Notes under the pieces: generated by a model
What the model was told of the DNA's origin: nothing
The model's input: only the letters and a program-made list of their open reading frames with translations
Database searches by the model: none
Shown: positions 1 to 6,444 of the stretch, in pieces
Numbering within the stretch: position 1 is the stretch's first letter
How the letters are laid out: the number at the start of each line of letters is the position of its first letter
From: Chlorokybus atmophyticus
Taxonomy: Eukaryota; Plantae; Mesostigma and Chlorokybus algae
Direction of reading: 5' to 3'
Assembly (NCBI GenBank): GCA_009103225.1
Contig: RHPI01002290.1
Location: forward strand, 1 to 6,596
DNA: 6,596 bases
Program-made: the position numbers and the translations under genes

Positions 1-66
1 TGATCCATGCAACATTCAACAATCAGTCCGCCGTGTGGCATTAAGCATCAATACAGTGCACCACAC

Positions 67-791
67 TCAAGCCTCATAGTTCCATAACACAAGAGGGTAG
101 TCACAGCGCATATCCATTGTTTCAAGCATAAAACGCCCTATGCACTCCGCCATTGCGGGAGGAACTGCATTCGCTATGGAAACGGCCGAGGTCATCCATG
201 GCACTCCCAGCGCTTTTTGCCACGCAGCAATGCCGCCCCTGGTGCTTGGAAGGCCATAGACCGGGTACATCTGCTGTGGCGCGTTTGATGTCACGATTGT
301 CTTCTTCGCGCTAGCGGACAGGTGCGGCGATAGCAGTCCAACTGCCTTGCCCGCGTGCGAGCAGCGTGCTGGTGGGGTAGCTACCACTGGCTGTGTCTCA
401 AACAGACGGTGTCGGAAAGTTGATAGGCCAAACATCGTGCCACAAAGGGACAGATTGGGTCTGAATGAGGAAGCTGCTCCTGGCACATTCTCAATCACAA
501 ACTTGACCTGGCTTGCAAGCAGCAGACGTCGGACGAGCGGTATCATATCCTGGTGTCTCCAGGATGTGCCATGTGCCGCCCGTTGAGGTGCCGGGATAGC
601 ACCTGAATAGGCCTGGCATGGTGGACTGGCCCAGATGAGCTCGTACTCGCTCAGCTCTCCTGCACTCAGGGTGCATACATCGCGGTGTATGAAGGGCAGC
701 GGGTACTCAGAGGAGGGACTTATGTCCATCCCGGTCACGTCAAAGCCTGCGTNCTGGCACCGCCACCGCCGCAGAATAGGTCGAGTGCCCT
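67..791 (-). CDS. DNA (cytosine-5)-methyltransferase catalytic domain, compact bacterial/phage-like Dcm type
   Basis: Motif I LDLFCGGGGA (785-756), then AGFDVTGMDI. Motif IV WASPPCQAYS (catalytic Cys 618-616), motif VI VIENV, motif VIII CGTMFGLSTFRHRLFET, and C-terminal motif IX/X-like LGVPWMT...ANAVPPAMAECIG. Motif I lies in a different frame from the rest, and the shift falls exactly at the N at 753. Confidence 0.93.
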
Positions 792-1859
792 TGGTCTGCG
801 TGTGCGTCCCAGCTTGTTGTCAAATGGCGTGTATGTGGTCAAGGCTGGCCGTGGTGCTGGCCAGGGACTAACAATGATGCCGTCCGGGCTTACTTTGCGA
901 CTGACGTTCTCCCCTCCGGCGCGCAGAACATGGCGTGCCCCNTCAACTGATGTGTACCGTCCGGGCTTACTTTGCGACTGACGTTCTCCCCTCCGGCGCG
1001 CAGACCATGGCGTGCCCCGTCAACTGATGTGTACGCGAATACGTTGTGCCCTTTGAAGTTGATGGTTTGTGGTCGATCACCGTCATCGAATACTATACGG
1101 TGCTGCCCTGCAAAGACATTTTCCATTGCACCATGCATATATGATGCGTCCTCAATCTCGCACGCCACGAAGCGATGCTGACCTGACGCTTGCTTGAATG
1201 ATTCCACAACGCCCGCATACCATTCCCCATCCAGCGGCCAATGCACCATGACACTCACACCGATCAGCTGCTCGCATCCCAACTTAACTGCGTTCCGCAG
1301 CCGATGCAGTGCGCTGTCCAATGGTCGATGGTCTGCCTCTTCTACAGCGGCCAGGGGATGGAACTGCCCACGCCCACACCGTGCAAGACTGCTCTGAATG
1401 CGACAACAGCTTCAACATGCATGAAATAAGCATACGCCCAACATAACATGCAGTGATACGTCGCGGTCCACTCTTGTGGATTACCTCCACAGCATCCACC
1501 ACCTGTCCACTAACCACATGTCCCGGTGTTGTCCATGTGAAGAAGCGCATGGGTTCCCCTCGCCACTCGAAGCATGAGCGCGAGCACGATTCGCACACGC
1601 ACTGCACGCAATGGAAAAACTCGGGTTCCTTGCACAGCACTTGGCCGAGGCGGCAGCCAAACACGTCGACATTGTGTGTGGTGTGATGCCAGCAAGCAGC
1701 ACTAAAACCGTGGCACACTGTCTGCACTCGCTGGCATTCGGTCAAGTGTGCTCGCATTTGCTGCCTACGGCCATTGGCACATACGTACGCATTGCATTGT
1801 GGGCACACCAAGCATGGTCTCCTAGGTGAGGGTGATTCAACTACTGCCGCCGACATCAT
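67..1859 (-). CDS. Gene B model: Cys/His Zn-finger - Tudor - C5-cytosine DNA methyltransferase fusion (~520 aa). Exons 1859-1485, 1393-1183, 1107-67. As assembled, interrupted by a 77-bp duplication and an N gap.
   Basis: ATG ATG at 1859. The GAG|GTAATC...TTCAG|AGC intron joins the Cys-rich ORF to the Tudor frame. The CAG|GTCAGC...TTTGCAG|GG intron restores a contiguous Tudor. With one copy of the 77-bp repeat removed, the Tudor frame reads directly into ...SPDGIIVSPWPAPRPALTTYTPFDNKLGRTRRPRALDLFCGGGGA (MTase motif I). Stop is TGA at 69-67. Confidence 0.7.
881..1034. repeat. 77-bp direct tandem duplication (881-957 / 958-1034), probably an assembly artefact
   Basis: The copies differ only at 928 (a) vs 1005 (c) and at 942 (N) vs 1019 (g). 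The length is not a multiple of 3, and removing one copy restores the Tudor-to-MTase reading frame. Confidence 0.9.
1031..1267 (-). CDS. Tudor (royal family, PDS5/Agenet-like) domain of gene B, split by a 75-nt intron
   Basis: Spliced sequence LIGVSVMVHWPLDGEWYAGVVESFKQASG|QHRIVFDDGDRPQTINFKGHNVFAY fits the Tudor pattern V-x-W-P-x-D-x-x-W-Y-x-G-x-V...H-x-I-x-F-D-D-G-D. Confidence 0.82.
1108..1182 (-). other. Predicted 75-nt phase-1 intron inside the Tudor domain
   Basis: TCAG|GTCAGC...TCTTTGCAG|GG. Its removal deletes 25 residues that interrupt the Tudor motif. Confidence 0.75.
1394..1484 (-). other. Predicted 91-nt phase-0 intron (gene B intron 1)
   Basis: GAG|GTAATC...CATTCAG|AGC. Frames are compatible, but alternative GT/AG pairs exist nearby. 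Confidence 0.5.
1485..1859 (-). CDS. Gene B exon 1: Cys/His-rich putative Zn-binding region (C2HC/TRAF-like finger plus a second Cys cluster)
   Basis: CPQC-x15-H-x3-C-x6-C (1805-1734 and onward), followed by CKEPEFFHCVQCVCESCSRSC. Ends at the phase-0 donor GAG|GTAATC. Confidence 0.6.
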
Positions 1860-1997
1860 GCAAAATAGGAATCGGCACGGCTGCCCACAAACTGAGCGAG
1901 ACTTTAGGGTATGGGCAACAATTAAGGGTTGCCAGCTTACGAACCCTAAATGGGTCAAACTTCAAGTGAAGCACGACTGTACCTTATACGCTATTGC

Positions 1998-2053
1998 AGT
2001 ACCATGCATGGTACTACATCAACATGAATGGTACTCTATCTGTTAATGGTACT
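1998..2053. promoter_or_regulatory. Palindrome AGTACCATGCATGGTACT plus repeated ATGGTACT motifs upstream of gene B; putative cis-element
   Basis: Perfect 18-bp palindrome at 1998-2015, with further ATGGTACT copies at 2028-2035 and 2046-2053. Lies 140-190 nt upstream of the gene B ATG. A regulatory role is inference. Confidence 0.5.
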
Positions 2054-2341
2054 ACAGTACAAGGATACTCGCATACTACCACGATCGTAGAGTAATACTG
2101 TGCTGTCATGCCATGGAACCCAGAGCGCTGTCCGAGTTTGTTGCTGTCAACCACGCTCTAAACCAGCGAGGTATGCAAGCCATGCACTGACTCATGCGCC
2201 GGGCAGTCATCATACACATGTACAGCCAATGCTTCTAAAACAGCAGATATCTGGTGCACCATGCACCATGCTGCAACTATACATGTACCTACATGGTTCA
2301 CAGGAAGCCAACACAAAACTACAATACATGCACAATTGGCA

Positions 2342-3358
2342 TCAAGGCGGGGGCCAAATCACCGCCGACACGTTGGCGTCTTGCATCAGGCGTGGCGACC
2401 AAAACGGGTGAGGTTGCTTGCAGAATGGACACGCTTGTAGATTCTTTGATTTATTTGCCACAGTCTTCTGATGTGCTATGATGCAGACATGGCACATCGC
2501 TTTCTTGCAACAGGGCGTCTCCCCATCCGCTGGGGGGGGGGGCTCTTCAATGCGACAAATCAGCACACATGGTGCACGCGGGTGTGCAAGCTGCCTCTGC
2601 CACCAAACTCTGTTATCGCGTCGCAGGCGTAGCGACTCCCATCTGAATGGCGCAGCATAACGCTCCACTGCCTGCTCGATCACCTGACGCCCATCTGCCG
2701 CCATACACCACCTGCTGGTCTTGGTGGTCTCGTCCAGCATGCGTTCATCCAGGCCCTCGACATGGCTGTCGTCACTCGTGTACTCCCCCGCATCGTCATT
2801 TTCTTCGAGCTTCCACAGAATCAGCTCGACGTGCCGTATGACATACAGCCACTGCCAGCCAAAGCATGCCAAGTACAGCTCGAATGGTTTTACTTGCCAC
2901 CCAGTATGTTTGCTCAGGTAGTGGCACACATCTCGACCCGCATTAGTCGACATCGACAGGTACATCTGCTGCAGCAGGTCGAAGTTCTGCTCCGCAGATA
3001 GCTCTTGCACATTGCCGGGGTGCTGCGGCAGCAACAACACCATCATATCGAGGACGGCGAGGGGCAACAACGTACTACGGATGGCCATATCGTGTATGGG
3101 TTCCAACCACGGCCAATCCCCAGAGGTCTGTTTAGACCGCATTCTCCGCGTTTGCTCCCACTTATTGCAAACTTTCGTCACCCACCTCGAGGCATGCCGC
3201 ATGCGGTGATGCAGCGCGTCTTGGGCGTACTGTAGGGTGATCAACTCCTTTGCACTACGAGTCAGCCCCCCAAAGCGTCTGCGCGTCGGTGCTTTGAGCT
3301 TAGGCAGCTCGTGCCGCACCGGCTGTCTCTCTGGACGATGCTGAGCAGCCACTTGACG
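2342..3358 (-). CDS. Gene A exon 7 (or separate gene): unknown helical region plus C-terminal RING-like Zn finger (2569-2420), putative E3 ligase
   Basis: CVLIC-x14-PCCKKAMCHVC-x17-CPFCKQP gives eight Cys in RING spacing, with a CC in place of the usual C..H. The ORF has no in-frame ATG at its 5' end but opens just after a TTTACAG acceptor. Confidence 0.75.
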   Translation of the reverse strand, partial: RQVAAQHRPERQPVRHELPKLKAPTRRRFGGLTRSAKELITLQYAQDALHHRMRHASRWVTKVCNKWEQTRRMRSKQTSGDWPWLEPIHDMAIRSTLLPLAVLDMMVLLLPQHPGNVQELSAEQNFDLLQQMYLSMSTNAGRDVCHYLSKHTGWQVKPFELYLACFGWQWLYVIRHVELILWKLEENDDAGEYTSDDSHVEGLDERMLDETTKTSRWCMAADGRQVIEQAVERYAAPFRWESLRLRRDNRVWWQRQLAHPRAPCVLICRIEEPPPPADGETPCCKKAMCHVCIIAHQKTVANKSKNLQACPFCKQPHPFWSPRLMQDANVSAVIWPPP

Positions 3359-6193
3359 CTGTAAACCCGCCTGTGCCTACTCAGGACACACAGTCAGCCC
3401 CAGTGAGGCTTCAAGGCGCTGTGCTTCTTCTAATGTTGTAACGATGCCTCACCTTTCCTTTTTTGGTCCTGTCAGCGTCCTTTGTTCCAACAACCTTCTT
3501 CTTTTTTTTTTTGTCACCCTGCACATCCTGGCAGGCGCTCTCCGTGGCACTGTCACTCAGAGGAGGTAAGGCGTTATCTTCTTGCTCCACAGCCTTGCGC
3601 TTGTTGGTTGCCTCCCGTTCCTCCACGACCTCATGTTGCTTCATGAGGTCGAGCATGAAGCCTTTGTCTTTCAGCGCAGCTTTCAGGACACCTCGATCAA
3701 TCTCTTTACCAACAAGACAGGCTGGGATCAATGTGGCAAGCTTAGAGGGAGAGGGCGAGCTACAGCTGCTTCTTGATGGAGATGCCTCCGGATGGTCAGA
3801 GTGCGGTGGCAAGTGAGTCTCCGCGGCAGGAAGGGAGGGTGCTGAATTGGGATTGCGAGCATGTGGCTGTGGTTGAGGGGAGGCAGGATGTGCAGAACAC
3901 TCGGCTACTTCTTGCCTAGCACACGAAGGCGAGGCCTGAGGCGTTGGCGCAGCACTCTGGGTCACAGCCGGTGGTAGCGGGGAATTGGCAACGCCATGCC
4001 GCCACTCTCCGATCAGGTGTGTTACCTCCGGTGGCACTTCATGCATAGGCCACGACCACTGTTCGGTGCTTGCAGGCTTGAGGAGCCAAAAGTGTGCTTC
4101 TGGCTCATCAGGAGCAGTGTTGCCCACCACCAGGACTGAGTTGGGGGCTTCTTTATTTCCAACCCAAACTGCGCTGCCGGGCCGTGGCACCCACTCCCCA
4201 TGCTCGCGCTGAACGGTCACGCAGCCAATCAACAAGCCCAGCTTGTTGGCAAACATGGTCATCTGCAGGTGCTCGACGTACACATCTTTTCTCCGCACGA
4301 TCTGTCGCACCTTGGCCATGGCTAGGTCAATGTTGCAGTTGATATCAGCCAACATGGTCGCAGGCAGTTTGTCGTAATACTGCGCCATCTCTCCCGCGGC
4401 ACCAGTGGCTCTGCAGAAGTCTAGGATTCTGCTCGCCACGCCTGCATCGACAGCCTTGGCGGTGATTTTGCGGAGAGTGTGCCCCCTGCCGTCGTCGTCC
4501 ATGGTGTCCAGCATGGCCCAAAATCTGCTCGAGCTGGGGCACTTGTGATCATCCAGGACACTTTGCGCTATGGATGGCCTGGCGCGAAATACACAATGGT
4601 AGAAGCAGTTACCATCCGTTGGCGCATTGAAGTGGTCCCATGAGGCGAGCTGGCCACCTAGCATGACTGATGGCCGTATGCGGGTTGCGGCCAGCTCCTC
4701 TGATGACTCGCTGGCAGGTGGTGACCCCTGCTGCATGCGCATACAGCACTCACATGGTGTGTCCAACTGTGGACGGCAAGAGTCACAGTGACTGATAAAG
4801 TACCTGAGTTTGGGGCAGACTGCCGGCTTCAACTTGCAGCGGGTGGGGTAAGGTAGGTGCAGAAGCCACATCGGTTGTTGCATTGTGCTGTGGTCTCGCC
4901 GGTGGCGGCAAGAAGGATTGTTGCCCCGCAATCACCGGTGCTGCTCGTGGAGGAGATGGCAGTGCACGAAGGACTGGTGCCGCGGAAGGTGGTTGCGCTC
5001 TGGCTGGGAGGGGAGCAGGAGCTGCAGGTGAGACCACTTGTGCATGCAGCAAGGGGGGCTGTATACAGGACCCAGGATAAGATGGCTCACAATGTTGCAA
5101 AGGACGAATATAAGCTTATGCAGTGCCTGACGCATTGTTACCAAGGCACGAGCATAAAAGACAGCGACTTACCTCAATGGCCCGTGGGCTGCATGGAGCA
5201 GGGGAAGCCATGGGGGCTGACAAGGTGGTATTGGCTGCACTCTCCCCGCCACCCTCGATGGCAGACTCGTCACGGAGCTCGTGAGCCATGGGCACATCAT
5301 GCGCCACTGCCCCAATGGACATGTCGGGATTCAACAGGCCAACATGCATGTTAAACTGATGCCGCATTGCCGCCGCGCCCATCAGCAAGTGGGATTGAAG
5401 GACCAGTTGATGGGATTGAATCCAGGCTTGCATAGGAGCTCCAACAGGACTTAGTGCACTGTGGTGCTGTCAACCAATCACATGTGGGTTAGCTGCATGC
5501 TTGCGACACTGCAATTGCAATAGTCAACTGCGTCACACCGTCATCAGTTGGTTGCTTCGAACAGTCACCTGCGGCATTGCTGGTTGATGCACGAATGATT
5601 GCATGGACTGCGTCATTGCTGGTTGATGCACTATTGGTTGAATGCCGGACGAATGGCCACGCGCTCCTGTGCTCAAACCCAGCCTACTTCGTTCGGCACG
5701 CGCGCGCGACTTCGCACGCTCACGCACATCCTAGCATGGAAAGGTAGGCATGCATTGGAGCCGACATTGCAGTCAACATGCACAGCGAGATTGGCAACAA
5801 CATACCGCCGCCCAGCTCTGTCTATCTGCTCTTGCTTCCGCAATGTCGGCTTGACTGTAGGGTGGGTATGGGTGAATAGTGGAGGCCTGCAGCCACGCTA
5901 CATATATCACATGGACTGCGCTAAAAAACAAATTGCTCTTGCAAGGAAATGCATGTGACTGTTGAGCGTACCTCTGCATTCCTTTGTGCTTGTTCCCACA
6001 GCCGCAACTGGTCCCGCATGGTTCTGACAAGGGGCTCCAAGAACTGCAGCTTCTGATCCACTCCCTGTTGCAGAAAGCGAGCCACCAAGCAGCTCTCTGT
6101 GTGAAAATGGTCTTTAATGGCTTGCCTGCTGGTTTGTCCAATGTTGGTGATGCATGTTGGACAGCCCCATTGCTGACGCCTGCCATGATCCAT
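2342..6193 (-). CDS. Gene A model: Zn finger - linker - OTU deubiquitinase - RING fusion protein (~1102 aa). Exons 6193-5972, 5886-5806, 5730-5569, 5466-5173, 5058-4804, 4730-3453, 3358-2342.
   Basis: Six GT-AG introns (85, 75, 102, 114, 73 and 94 nt) join seven stop-free segments in frame. Donors: GTACGC, GTATGT, GTGACT, GTAAGT, GTACTT, GTGAGG. Acceptors: CTGCAG, ATGCTAG, TTGACAG (CTAAC branch point at 5492-5488), ATACAG, ATGCAG, TTTACAG. The 5' end is provisional. Confidence 0.66.
3359..3452 (-). other. Predicted 94-nt phase-0 spliceosomal intron joining the OTU and RING exons
   Basis: AAG|GTGAGG donor, GCTGAC branch-like motif, TTTACAG|CGT acceptor. It removes the TGA at 3413-3411 and gives the ATG-less RING ORF a 5' end. 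Confidence 0.7.
3453..4730 (-). CDS. Gene A exon 6: OTU-family cysteine protease (deubiquitinase) domain (~4640-4075), Pro/Ser-rich linker and basic NLS-like tail
   Basis: The Cys box FNAPTDGNCFYH (Cys 4607-4605), the helix YVEHLQMTMFANKLGLLIGCV and the His box EAHFWLLKP (His 4094-4092) match OTU catalytic motifs. KKKKKK...RTKKGK lies near the exon end. Confidence 0.85.
4731..4803 (-). other. Predicted 73-nt (or 76-nt, NAGNAG) phase-0 intron upstream of the OTU exon
   Basis: CAG|GTACTT...ATGCAG|CAG|GGG joins the Pro-rich frame to the OTU frame. Confidence 0.62.
5059..5172 (-). other. Predicted 114-nt phase-0 intron (gene A)
   Basis: Consensus donor GAG|GTAAGT and acceptor TATACAG|CCC. It contains the in-frame TAA at 5118-5116. 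Confidence 0.62.
5467..5568 (-). other. Predicted 102-nt phase-0 intron (gene A)
   Basis: CAG|GTGACT donor, CTAAC branch point ~21 nt before the acceptor TTGACAG|CAC. Confidence 0.68.
5575..5631. repeat. In-frame 18-bp direct repeat with 39-bp period (VHQPAM x2) in gene A exon 3
   Basis: cattgctggttgatgcac at 5575-5592 and 5614-5631. Confidence 0.85.
5731..5805 (-). other. Predicted 75-nt phase-0 intron (gene A)
   Basis: GCG|GTATGT...CCTTTCCATGCTAG|GAT. Confidence 0.6.
5887..5971 (-). other. Predicted 85-nt phase-0 intron (gene A)
   Basis: GAG|GTACGC...GGCTGCAG|GCC. Confidence 0.6.
5972..6193 (-). CDS. Gene A first identifiable exon: C2HC-like Zn finger followed by an amphipathic/coiled-coil helix
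   Basis: MDHGRRQQWGCPTCITNIGQTSRQAIKDHFHTESC...VDQKLQFLEPLVRTMRDQLRLWEQAQRNAE, ending at the donor GAG|GTACGC. Confidence 0.6.
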
Positions 6194-6265
6194 GACGTGG
6201 CGACCGGTAGTAGCTGGCTTCGCTGCTTGAACTCTTACGACCACAACTTCTCGCAAGATGTGCCA

Positions 6266-6290
6266 CGCCGCCGCCGCCGCCGCCGCCGCC
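6266..6290. repeat. (CGC)8 trinucleotide microsatellite
   Basis: cgccgccgccgccgccgccgccgcc. On the minus strand it reads as poly-Ala or poly-Arg depending on frame. Confidence 0.9.
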
Positions 6291-6444
6291 TCCGACTCCT
6301 GGTCCTCCGCCTCCTAATCGAACCCAGGCCCATCAAGCCTGACATTCGACCCGTCATCGACCTGGTGCCCCTGCGTGCCATCATCCGGCCATCAATGAAG
6401 CGTGTTTGGGTGAGTGCATGCTAACTCCCATTGGGCTGATCGAG

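Noticed and set aside
67-738. Bacterial restriction-modification system or prophage methylase
   Set aside because: No endonuclease gene, RBS or operon structure. The MTase is in frame with an intron-containing Tudor region and its neighbours have spliceosomal introns.
1860-2400. Splicing of the RING exon onto gene B to make one giant protein
   Set aside because: Only weak donors near the RING end, a gap much longer than the other introns, a plausible ATG at 1859, and a promoter-like palindrome in between. Not excluded without RNA data.
2532-2542. G11/C11 homopolymer as a programmed frameshift or phase-variation site
   Set aside because: The frame is intact across it (PPPP loop) and there is no supporting alternative ORF or structure.
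4731-4931. N-terminus of the 506-aa ORF (TTG start, MRGNNPSC...CECC) as real protein or Zn finger
   Set aside because: Non-ATG start. The segment is better explained as an alternative frame of the Pro-rich exon plus the 73-nt intron.
67-6316. Non-standard code (TAA/TAG = Gln), suggested by the TGA stops on the three long ORFs and an in-frame TAG at 6316
   Set aside because: About 1000 codons of long Gln-containing exons have no internal TAA/TAG, and other in-frame TAG/TAA fall in predicted introns or acceptors.
5984-6424. Plus-strand 146-aa ORF with poly-Arg, and the other plus-strand ORFs
   Set aside because: Antisense shadows of minus-strand exons and the CGC repeat, with no recognisable domains.
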